From: a virus
Taxonomy: Duplodnaviria > Heunggongvirae > Uroviricota > Caudoviricetes
DNA: 14,356 nucleotides
IMG/VR virus record: IMGVR_UViG_2526164619_000014
Strand: one strand, 5' to 3'
The notes beneath the pieces are model-generated. The model searched no databases. It saw nothing but the letters and a program-made list of their open reading frames with translations, and was not told where the DNA came from. Below, in pieces: positions 1-7,669 of the stretch (its first letter is position 1; every line of letters starts with the position of its first letter). A program made the translations under genes and the position numbers.

Positions 1-756
1 TTATTCAGAATCAATATCTTTTAAATCATCCTGAATCGCTTGTGCGTTCGGATTTTCCTGCGGTTTGAGTTCGCCGCCATTAGCGATGAAATCATGACGC
101 TGGAAGTACGCTTCGCGCACCATAATATAAGGATCGGACGACTGACGCAGCAGACCATCGGAATCCAGCAGCTGAGCGCGGGTTTCGATCCCTTCAAGCG
201 TCCATTTACCCACAGACATCGGCCAGGTCAGCCAGGAAAGAACCGGGTAAAGACCATCCGCCATATCACCACCGTCATCACGCAGCGTGAAGCTACCGTA
301 AAACGGTAACTGAACGTAAGGCCCATAACCCACGCCATAATGACCAAGCGTACTACCGAAGCGGTGAGGTTCAGTCCGTTGCAGTTTCGGGTTCGCCATC
401 CCTGCAACATCAATAAAGCCGCCCATCCCCAAAATGGTGTTCAGGAAAAAGCGGGTAAAGTGGACCATCCCCTGATAAGGGTCGCCCTGCAAGAAGTAGT
501 TAACCATCACCGCAGGTTCTTCAAGGTTGCCGGTAAAGTTGCTCAAACCGTTACGCGCCGGTTGCGGAACATAATCACGCCAGGCGACAGCGACCGGTCG
601 AACAATATACGGGTCTAATACATTGAAGTTGAAGTTGTACATGGTGCGGTTGAACCCTTCTAACGGGTCAGAACGCCCTTGCTGATCTGTACCGGAACTC
701 GCACACCCCACCAGAAGCGTAGTTCCCAGAGCAAGCGCCGACAGGCGAAGCTTCAT
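1..756 (-). CDS. mlaA: MlaA/VacJ outer-membrane lipoprotein (phospholipid transport)
   Basis: 251-aa ORF whose stop codon complement sits at window positions 1-3. N-terminal signal peptide with lipobox LVGC. Translation recognised from memory as enterobacterial MlaA/VacJ. Host-like composition. Confidence 0.9.
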   Translation of the reverse strand: MKLRLSALALGTTLLVGCASSGTDQQGRSDPLEGFNRTMYNFNFNVLDPYIVRPVAVAWRDYVPQPARNGLSNFTGNLEEPAVMVNYFLQGDPYQGMVHFTRFFLNTILGMGGFIDVAGMANPKLQRTEPHRFGSTLGHYGVGYGPYVQLPFYGSFTLRDDGGDMADGLYPVLSWLTWPMSVGKWTLEGIETRAQLLDSDGLLRQSSDPYIMVREAYFQRHDFIANGGELKPQENPNAQAIQDDLKDIDSE

Positions 757-1049
757 AAATGTCTCCCTGTTTTTTTATGGCTTATGCAGTTTGCCATCCA
801 TGACGGAACGATACCGTATCCGCCTGTTTAGGTGTGGGCGATTGTAACAGCACGTCAACTGATGTCCAGACGCCCTGATTTGCTGATTTGATCATAGCCT
901 GGTAATCGCCGCCCTGTAGGCTACTTGATTCTATAGAAACAGAAAAAGGCAAACGCGGCCTTTTCTACATTTTCAGAGTAACTCCCGCCAGTTGCGAGCA
1001 AAAAAGCCGCTACGCTTTAGCTATACGTGCTAATTCAAGAGAAGAGACC

Positions 1050-1982
1050 ATGGACAACGACAAAATTGATCAACACAGCGACGAAATTGAAGTTGAGAGC
1101 GAAGAAAAAGAGCGCGGCAAAAAAATAGAAATAGATGAAGATCGACTCCCCTCCCGGGCGATGGCAATTCATGAACATATCCGCCAGGATGGTGAAAAAG
1201 AGCTGGAACGCGACGCAATGGCACTACTGTGGTCAGCCATTGCGGCGGGTCTGTCGATGGGCGCTTCGTTACTGGCAAAAGGGATATTTCATGTCGAACT
1301 GGAAGGCGTGCCGGGCAGCTTCTTGTTGGAGAATCTCGGTTATACCTTTGGTTTTATTATCGTCATTATGGCCCACCAGCAATTATTTACCGAAAACACC
1401 GTGACTGCGGTACTACCCGTCATGCAAAAACCGACAATGAGCAACGTCGGCTTACTTATGCGATTATGGGGCGTCGTGCTGCTGGGTAATATTCTCGGGA
1501 CAGGTATTGCTGCATGGGCATTTGAATATATGCCTATCTTCAATGAAGAAACTCGCGATGCATTTGTCAAAATCGGCATGGATGTGATGAAGAACACCCC
1601 CAGCGAGATGTTTGCCAACGCGATCATTTCCGGCTGGCTGATCGCCACTATGGTTTGGATGTTTCCTGCAGCGGGTGCGGCAAAGATTGTGGTGATTATA
1701 TTGATGACCTGGCTTATTGCACTGGGTGACACCACCCACATCGTTGTCGGTTCTGTAGAAATCCTCTATCTGGTGTTTAACGGCACGCTGCACTGGAGCG
1801 ATTTCATTTGGCCCTTCGCACTACCTACTTTAGCGGGGAATATCTGCGGCGGCACCTTTATCTTCGCGTTAATGAGTCATGCACAGATCCGTAACGACAT
1901 GAGCAACAAGCGCAAAGCAGAAGCACGCCAAAAAGCAGAACGTGCGGAAAACATTAAGAAAAATGATAAAAACCCAGCATAA
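1050..1982 (+). CDS. yfdC: formate/nitrite-transporter-family inner-membrane protein YfdC
   Basis: 310-aa ORF with acidic N-terminal tail followed by several hydrophobic helices. Position between mlaA and the argW-type tRNA matches the recalled E. coli K-12 order mlaA-yfdC-argW. Confidence 0.8.
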   Translation: MDNDKIDQHSDEIEVESEEKERGKKIEIDEDRLPSRAMAIHEHIRQDGEKELERDAMALLWSAIAAGLSMGASLLAKGIFHVELEGVPGSFLLENLGYTFGFIIVIMAHQQLFTENTVTAVLPVMQKPTMSNVGLLMRLWGVVLLGNILGTGIAAWAFEYMPIFNEETRDAFVKIGMDVMKNTPSEMFANAIISGWLIATMVWMFPAAGAAKIVVIILMTWLIALGDTTHIVVGSVEILYLVFNGTLHWSDFIWPFALPTLAGNICGGTFIFALMSHAQIRNDMSNKRKAEARQKAERAENIKKNDKNPA

Positions 1983-2057
1983 ATGGCGAGGGTTTAAGCA
2001 ATCGAGCGGCAGTGTACTTACTCCGCAGTCCATTAGCGGGTATACTCATGCCGCATT

Positions 2058-2132
2058 GTCCTCTTAGTTAAATGGATATAACGAGCCCCTCCTAAGGGCT
2101 AATTGCAGGTTCGATTCCTGCAGGGGACACTT
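2058..2132 (+). tRNA. argW: tRNA-Arg (anticodon CCU), argW type; the genomic 3' end reads A-CTT rather than A-CCA
   Basis: Cloverleaf folded by hand: acceptor GTCCTCT (2058-2064) pairs with AGGGGAC (2122-2128); D arm GTTA/TAAC; anticodon stem AGCCC/GGGCT with loop CTCCTAA, anticodon CCT at 2091-2093; T arm GCAGG/CCTGC with loop TTCGATT; discriminator A at 2129. Bases 2130-2132 are CTT. Confidence 0.85.
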
Positions 2133-2304
2133 TAAAGACCTTTCTCTACATTTCACTTCATTACATAACCACTTAAAAAAACAGTAAGTTATCACCGAAT
2201 CGGCCTGATTTTCATTTCAGTTAATTTCATGACATTACAACCTCGTGATGGTATAAGTGATGGTATTCCCCAGTTCGATATGCAGATACCATCAATTTAC
2301 CAAA

Positions 2305-3590
2305 ATGAGTACAGATATGGCCATTAATGTGCTTTCCCCCAAACAGATAGAAAACGCCAAGCCGAAGACCAATGATTACAAACTTACCGATGGAGGGAGT
2401 TTGTATCTACTGGTACGAAAGACTGGTGGAAAATACTGGCGTATGAATTATCGTTTTGATGGAAAACAAGTGACATTGGCATTAGGGGTCTACCCAGATG
2501 TCTCACTTGCAACAGCGCGGAAACGGCGTGATGAAGCCAGGCAACTACTAGCCGATGGTCGTGATCCTCGCGAAGCAAAGAAACCCAAAAAGGAAGACCC
2601 AATTTCCCCCACGTTCGAGAGTGTTGCCAGAGAGTGGCATAGTGGAACGATGGGGCATCCTGAGTGGAAAGAGATCACCCGTAAAAAATTCTCCGAGAAA
2701 TGGAAAACCACCTCTTTCCTGCCATCGGTTCAAAGCCTATCGATACGCTCAAAACCCGTGACTTGATGCCGATGCTGGTTGAGATGACTGAGAAAGGAAT
2801 TGGTGCCACAACGAGCCGTGTAAAAACCACTATGACGAGCATCTTCCGTTATGCCGTGCAACGTGGAATTGTCGATTACAACCCTGCCCACGATCTAAAA
2901 GGTGCAATTACGGCCCCCAAAGTACGACATCGCCCCGCACTACCTCTCGAACGTTTACCTGAACTGTTAGCGAAAACGAGAAGTTACACGGGAAGACCAT
3001 TGACTCGCCTAGCAGTTCTCTTTTCCCTGCACACTTTTGTGCGATCCAGCGAACTACGACATGCCAGATGGGAGGAGATCGACATTGAAAATGGGCTATG
3101 GACGATACCAGGACAACGTGAAGAGATCGCAGGGGTTAAATTCTCAGATCGGGGTGCAAAGATGGGGGCTGCTCATTATGTCCCGCTATCTAGTCAGGCT
3201 ATCGGGGTACTGGAGGATATAAGGAAAATCAGTGGTGAATATCTGCTGGTTTTTCCCGGTGACAGCAACCCATATAAACCGATGAGCGAAAACACAGTTA
3301 ATAAAGCACTGCGAACGATGGGTTACGACACTCAAACTGATGTTTGCTTGCATGGGTTCAGGGCGATGGCCTGCTCTGCACTGACCGAATCAGGACTCTG
3401 GTCACGCGATGCAGTTGAACGGCAGATGAGTCACCAAGAAAGAAACGAAGTGCGGGCAGCATATGTGCATCTTGCGCAGCACATGCAGGAACGCCGCAGA
3501 ATGATGCAATGGTGGTCTAATTATCTGGAACTAAATAAGGACGAATTCCATGCTCCTTATGACTTATCAGGTATTAACATTATCAATTAA
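2305..3590 (+). pseudogene. int: P4-type tyrosine integrase, reading frame broken in an A6 run (2683-2688); N-terminal part 2305..2766, catalytic part 2700..3590
   Basis: N-terminal ORF carries the P4-integrase-type N-terminal domain (..YKLTDGGSLYLLVRKTGGKYWRMNYRFDGKQ..). Second ORF carries the tyrosine-recombinase catalytic domain (..HGFRAMACS.. and C-terminal ..AAYVH..). Adding one A to the run at 2683-2688 gives a continuous ..RKKILREMENHLFPAIG.. reading. Start is ATG 2305 or 2317; the 2257 extension of the ORF track is unlikely. Lies directly 3' of the tRNA, as expected for the integrase of a tRNA-inserted element. Confidence 0.85.
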
Positions 3591-3620
3591 ATACTCTTAT
3601 AATTTAAAACAGAGGTCATA

Positions 3621-4502
3621 ATGCAGCATTCAACAGAGAATGAAACTATATTCTTAGGAAATCTATGGATTGACAAAAAAATACCACCATTAGAATATTG
3701 TTCATTTGAACGCGCTTCAAGACTATTAGAATGCGAGATTGATGATTTATTACATCTATACGAAATAGGCGCTTTTAATATCGCATTCAAGGCGGATGGA
3801 CTTGCAGTTAGATTTAATGTTAATTTCCTCAATAAAAATCAGAAAATGGAAATTGACTTAATTCATCCCGTATTAACTAATCAATCACTAGAGATGGAAT
3901 TTTCAACAATATGGTATGACCTTAAAGATGATTCCTTTGAACATTTTGAAAATGGGCTTCAAATTATAGGATTTGCCTGTGGTATTTGGTACGCCGATGA
4001 TATGATAAGTGACATAAAAAATGGATTAGCTATAGATCCAGATTATGAATTCAGGCTTAAACCGGTAAAAATACGAGATAATGTTTTGATGGCAACGGCC
4101 TCATATGAAGGAAATAAGGTCATTGAGATTCCATTTGAAGATCTTCTTATCATGCGAAGAGATTTAGAGTTAATATGGAAATCAGTAAAAACTGGAATTC
4201 CTATGCCAAGTTTACTTACGAAAAGAATTTCATCTGAACCTAAAATCCCCAAGCGATTAAATAACACTGCTGAGCATCATGCAAAAAATAGGGAGGGGTT
4301 ATTAAATGCAGCCATATATATATTAGCAAAATACCCAAGCGAATGTCGTGGTGAAAGAAAAGAGATAAGTCCTGAAAAGTGGACTAACGCCATAATTAAA
4401 CATTTAGGAGAGCTACCTCCAATATTTATCACTAATGAACAAGAAATCTTAAGAAAATTACGATTAGCGGTTAATCATGCGGGATTAAAACAAAAGGGGT
4501 AG
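3621..4502 (+). CDS. hypothetical protein (293 aa), AT-rich, no recognisable domain; sits between int and alpA
   Basis: Uninterrupted ORF with a good Shine-Dalgarno (AGAGG shortly upstream of ATG 3621). Clearly lower G+C than the flanking int and alpA genes (judged by eye). No motif I can assign. Confidence 0.6.
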   Translation: MQHSTENETIFLGNLWIDKKIPPLEYCSFERASRLLECEIDDLLHLYEIGAFNIAFKADGLAVRFNVNFLNKNQKMEIDLIHPVLTNQSLEMEFSTIWYDLKDDSFEHFENGLQIIGFACGIWYADDMISDIKNGLAIDPDYEFRLKPVKIRDNVLMATASYEGNKVIEIPFEDLLIMRRDLELIWKSVKTGIPMPSLLTKRISSEPKIPKRLNNTAEHHAKNREGLLNAAIYILAKYPSECRGERKEISPEKWTNAIIKHLGELPPIFITNEQEILRKLRLAVNHAGLKQKG

Positions 4503-4604
4503 ACTGAAACAATCTACAGGTAGAGTTGATTACACTACCTTCACAGCATTTTGATATCCCCATAGTATCTGCCGTGTTCATTACATAATACGGCAGGTAA
4601 TTTC

Positions 4605-4820
4605 ATGACATTAAAAACTTATCCTATCACTGGACATGCCCGCCCACGAGCTACTGCTGACTTTTTGCAAATAAGTACGGTTACTCTCTGGCGCTGGGAA
4701 AAGAACAATCCTGAATTTCCCAAATCTATACGCATTTCAAAACGGGTATCTGTTTACGATGCACAAGAAATTAGGCAGTGGGTTAAAGCTCAATCAGCAG
4801 GATTGGAGGAAGTAGTGTAA
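4605..4820 (+). CDS. alpA: AlpA-family phage transcriptional regulator / excisionase-like HTH protein
   Basis: 71-aa ORF; the segment ..FLQISTVTLWRWEKNNPEFPKSIRISKRVSVYDAQEIRQWV.. matches the AlpA/Vis-type winged-HTH pattern as recalled. Shine-Dalgarno AGGT 6 nt upstream of the ATG. Confidence 0.8.
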   Translation: MTLKTYPITGHARPRATADFLQISTVTLWRWEKNNPEFPKSIRISKRVSVYDAQEIRQWVKAQSAGLEEVV

Positions 4821-4838
4821 TGACAATATTAACAAAGC

Positions 4839-4860
4839 TGGGGAGAAAAAAGCCTCCCCA
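4839..4860. terminator. bidirectional hairpin between the convergent alpA and RHH genes
   Basis: Stem TGGGGAG (4839-4845), loop AAAAAAGC, stem CTCCCCA (4854-4860). Lies between the alpA stop (4820) and the stop of the minus-strand ORF (4870). T-tracts on either side are only moderate. Confidence 0.4.
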
Positions 4861-4869
4861 ACGTATTAA

Positions 4870-5064
4870 TCAATTCTTTGGTTCTAAACCTCGGCTTTGT
4901 AACTCTTTGCGTAGAATGCGCTTGATCCAAGCCGCTAGCGATTCATCGCCATCCTGCTGTTGTGCTTGTTCCATCAGTTCACGCAGTTCAGGGTCAAGTC
5001 GGAACTGGAATGGCGGATTCCCACGTCTTTCATTTTTGTGTGTTGACACGTCAATTACACCCAT
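4870..5064 (-). CDS. ribbon-helix-helix (Arc/CopG-like) DNA-binding protein, putative repressor
   Basis: 64-aa ORF; ..PPFQFRLDPELRELMEQAQQQ..ESLAAWIKRILRKEL.. has the beta-strand / helix / helix layout of RHH regulators. Perfect palindromes lie immediately upstream of its start. No convincing Shine-Dalgarno, so confidence is moderate. Confidence 0.5.
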   Translation of the reverse strand: MGVIDVSTHKNERRGNPPFQFRLDPELRELMEQAQQQDGDESLAAWIKRILRKELQSRGLEPKN

Positions 5065-5098
5065 TGTAATGTATTTATGTGTAATGACACATTACACA
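5042..5098 (+). promoter_or_regulatory. rightward sigma70-like promoter (TTGACA-N16-TGTAAT) overlapped by operator-like inverted repeats
   Basis: TTGACA at 5043-5048 and TGTAAT at 5065-5070. Perfect 9-3-9 palindrome TGTGTAATG-ACA-CATTACACA at 5078-5098, with related half-sites ATTACAC (5054-5060) and TGTAATG (5065-5071). Lies between the divergent RHH and Icd-like genes. Confidence 0.4.
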
Positions 5099-5180
5099 CA
5101 GAAAAACAAAATAGCAACGCCCCGGAGTGTTTGCAGCAGCACCGAGGCGTCTGACCAGCACGTTATATGAGGTAACGAAG

Positions 5181-5357
5181 ATGGCTAAACAGAAGTGTAC
5201 CTGGTTATTTGCGGCGATCAACCGCAGTCAACGCAATGCCCGTCCTGTGATGTTAAGGATCACCGCAGATAACGAACGATCAGCGCGGCGCAGACTTGCC
5301 CCGGACTATGTACTGAGCTTTGCCGGGCGCATTCCCTGCGGAGGTGAACATGCGTAA
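5181..5357 (+). CDS. Icd-like (P4 host cell division inhibitor-like) small protein
   Basis: Start ATG 5181 with GAGG 8 nt upstream. The segment ..WLFAAINRSQRNARPVMLRITADNERSARRRLAPDYVLSFAGRIP.. matches the Icd-like pattern recalled from P4-like prophages. The 5127 start in the ORF track is a less likely upstream extension. Confidence 0.6.
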   Translation: MAKQKCTWLFAAINRSQRNARPVMLRITADNERSARRRLAPDYVLSFAGRIPCGGEHA

Positions 5358-5709
5358 TTATCCGCACCCCGGCGAACGCTGGCAGCATGAACGTGGCTGG
5401 ACGGTCACGATTATCCGATTAATAGAAGCCTCGCCCTCTGTGGCGCTGGTTAATCCTGAATTCAGCTGTGAAGTGCTGATACGTCATGACAGCGACAACA
5501 AGCTTTCTTCCTGCCCTCTGGCATGGTTTGAACAGCGGTATACGCGCCTGTTTGATGTACCGCTCTTGAAGCCTGCACCAGCTCCTGCTGGCGGTAGTGG
5601 TTCCGGCCCGCTGACACTGCATCCGTCTGTGCTATTTATCCGCTGGCGGGAGCGTAGCATACGGCGTTCTGCTGAGCCTGACGACGGTCACTATTCAAAG
5701 TTTCTCTGA
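5350..5709 (+). CDS. hypothetical protein (about 120 aa)
   Basis: Start ATG 5350 preceded by GGAGGTG; 8-bp overlap with the Icd-like gene suggests coupling. No recognisable motif. Confidence 0.5.
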   Translation: MRNYPHPGERWQHERGWTVTIIRLIEASPSVALVNPEFSCEVLIRHDSDNKLSSCPLAWFEQRYTRLFDVPLLKPAPAPAGGSGSGPLTLHPSVLFIRWRERSIRRSAEPDDGHYSKFL

Positions 5710-5850
5710 CAAAATACCGCTGAAAACGGAGTAATCCACGATGAATATTTCAAACGGGCACAACGGTGCTCAGGGCCACACTTTGCCTGAAAAACACAAT
5801 ACCGGTGCTGAGGTGTACTGGCAATAGCGGACACTACCATTTGTTCTTTT

Positions 5851-6713
5851 TTAAGCAGCCATCTGATGATATTTTTCCCTGAAGGCTGCCGGGGAGATAT
5901 TTCCCAGACGAGAGTGACGACGCTGACGATTGTAGAAAATCTCAATGTATTCCCGTATTACTGAGATGGCTTCATCCCGGTTATTAAAACGATAGTGGCT
6001 CAGGCTCTCATTTTTCAGCGTTCCCCAGAAGCTTTCCATCGGAGCGTTGTCGTAACAGTTACCTTTACGCGACATTGATGTTTTCAGACCAGACTGCTCC
6101 TGTATGACCCGGTAATCGTATGCGCAGTACTGTGAACCTCGATCAGAGTGGTGGATTAGCCCGGCAGGTGGGCGCTGGCTCCTGAGCGCCATAAACAGGG
6201 CTTTACCTGTCAGCTCTTTTGTCATGCGCTCTCCCATGGCGTAGCCGACAATTTCGCACGTATAAACATCTTTAATGCCAGCGAGGTACAACCATCCCTC
6301 CTGTGTGGCAACATACGTCAGGTCCGCCACCCAGACCTGATTTGGTGCTGTAGGAGCGAACGTCTGGTTCAGCAGATTTGGCGCAACTGGCAGATTGTGG
6401 TTCGGGTTCGTAGTCGCTCTGAACTTGCGTTTCTGCTTACAGCGTAGCCTTAGCTCCTTACGAAGACGTGCCAGTCGGTCACGACCAACGATGATGCCAT
6501 TCTCTGCCAGCTCCGTCTGGAGCCGCCGGGTTCCATATGTTTCGAGTGCGGATATGTGCCACCTTAATCTCCAGTTTTAGCCGCCCATCACTTTGTTTTC
6601 TGTCTGAGGGTTCATGCTGTACCCAGTTGTAATAACCGCTCCTGGATACACCAAATACCTGACACATCGCTTCAATGGGAAATTGTTGTCGCCATTGTTC
6701 GATTAACGCGTAT
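5851..6713 (-). pseudogene. IS3-family transposase OrfB (DDE catalytic domain); reached from orfA by the usual -1 frameshift but carrying an additional frame break near 6540-6545
   Basis: N-terminal part in the -1 frame (..AEKYALIEQWRQQFPIEAMCQVFGVSRSGYYNWV..IRTR). Catalytic part 5851..6330 (..HHSDRGSQY.., ..GNCYDNAPMESFWGTLKNE..) is in a different frame. Minus-strand read CGCACTCGAAACATATGG is consistent with one extra base or two missing bases. Confidence 0.7.
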
Positions 6714-7005
6714 TTTTCAGCGACTCCTGTGCAAAATACGCTGTTGCTTTTTTTAATATATCTCGCTCAAGGCGAGCTTCATTTAACGCCTTACGCAGTT
6801 GCAGAATTTCAGATTCCAGTTCAGCCACCGTGCGGGAACCAGGAGTACCGAGCCCTTTTCTGGCGGCGGTAACCCATTGTCCTAAAGTGCCTTCAGGAAG
6901 GGATAATCGGGAAGCGCCTTCACTGATCGAAAGTTGATTTTCAAGAACCGTTCTGACAGCTTCGGCTTTGAACTCTTTAGAGTAACGTTGGTTTTTTCTG
7001 CTCAT
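6703..7005 (-). CDS. IS3-family transposase OrfA (HTH / leucine-zipper part)
   Basis: 100-aa ORF MSRKNQRYSKEFKAEAVRTV.. ending ..KKATAYFAQESLKNTR, the typical IS3-family OrfA C-terminus. Overlaps the orfB frame in -1 at the A-rich motif GAAAAAT (about 6707-6713). Confidence 0.9.
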   Translation of the reverse strand: MSRKNQRYSKEFKAEAVRTVLENQLSISEGASRLSLPEGTLGQWVTAARKGLGTPGSRTVAELESEILQLRKALNEARLERDILKKATAYFAQESLKNTR

Positions 7006-7285
7006 TATTAGCTCCTTCTGATGCCATTCTATTTCAGGAAGGAGTGTCCGTTAAACTCAGGCTACCTCATGCTTTTGCCTATGGGTTGTCAGAGGACAGT
7101 TTCGGAAAGCTGACCCGCGCAAGAAATGCCTGCGACATGCTCCAGCTTCTCTTTTCTGAATACCCGTCTCAGGCCGGAGCACTGGACGCAGGCTGTGCGC
7201 CTGGTGTCGCCGCGCTGATGGAGTACCTGCTGGCAGATTTGACGGATATTGCACACAGCTGCGCACTGATTGAAGGAGGTGCCAG

Positions 7286-7669
7286 ATGAACCAGCCGCAG
7301 GTTTCCATTTTCCCGGTAGAAATGACCACCGCGCTTTACCGGCGGGCTATTGCTTCAGCATGGCGGCAGAAAATGCTGAACGAAACTGGCAGTGATCAGT
7401 ATGGTCCGCACAGCCTGACGGTGGAGCGTATTGAAATGGCCATTGCGCTGCATATCGAGTGCGTACTGATTAACGAGTACGGCGAAGTGCAGGGCGCCGC
7501 TGCCGCGCTGGCACTGCTGACTGACATGCTGGAGCCGTCACTGCTGACCGCGCCGCCGGTACTGACCGCGCGCGGCTGTGAAGTGATGGCGGAGATGTAC
7601 CGCACGCTTCCGGCGGCATTTGATGACTTCTGCAGTACCGGTGTGACGTTGTATGAGGGGGAAGTATGA
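7286..7669 (+). CDS. hypothetical protein (127 aa), second gene of the primase operon
   Basis: ATGA overlaps at both ends (7286-7289 and 7666-7669) couple it to the flanking genes. No recognisable motif. Confidence 0.6.
   Translation: MNQPQVSIFPVEMTTALYRRAIASAWRQKMLNETGSDQYGPHSLTVERIEMAIALHIECVLINEYGEVQGAAAALALLTDMLEPSLLTAPPVLTARGCEVMAEMYRTLPAAFDDFCSTGVTLYEGEV

Larger units (their letters stand above)
5809..7069 (-). mobile_element. IS3-family insertion sequence (IS600-like), about 1.26 kb, flanked by a 3-bp direct repeat TGC
   Basis: Imperfect terminal inverted repeats beginning TGAGGT at both ends (5809.. on the plus strand, 7069.. on the minus strand; about 20 of the first 29 positions match). 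TGC at 5806-5808 and 7070-7072. Internal orfA and orfB in the IS3-family arrangement. Assignment to IS600 is from memory of the OrfA/OrfB sequences, not verified. Confidence 0.85.
5741..7289 (+). pseudogene. first gene of the primase operon, split by the IS insertion: 5' fragment 5741..5808, 3' fragment 7073..7289 (about 95 aa when rejoined)
   Basis: Removing the IS and one copy of the TGC duplication joins ATG 5741 (GGAG 10 nt upstream) in frame to the ORF ending at 7289: MNISNGHNGAQGHTLPEKHNTG + AFAYGLSEDSFGKLTRARNACDML... The residues MSVKLRLPH of ORF 7044..7289 are read from IS sequence. Its stop overlaps the next ORF start (ATGA). Confidence 0.6.

Noticed and set aside
940-965. Hairpin AAAAGGC / GCCTTTT in the mlaA-yfdC intergenic region
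   Set aside because: Lies in a divergent promoter region with no upstream gene to terminate, and the stem is weak.
1135-1793. Nested and antisense ORFs within yfdC
   Set aside because: Overlap the well-supported yfdC frame; no independent support.
2257-2304. Upstream extension of the integrase N-terminal ORF (start at 2257)
   Set aside because: P4-type integrases begin close to the conserved ..KPK..YKL.DGGGLYL.. segment; the ATGs at 2305 or 2317 fit better.
4820-5170. 116-aa plus-strand ORF from the six-frame track
   Set aside because: Cys/Ser-rich low-complexity translation, antisense to the better-supported RHH ORF, and running through the terminator hairpin and the promoter/operator region.
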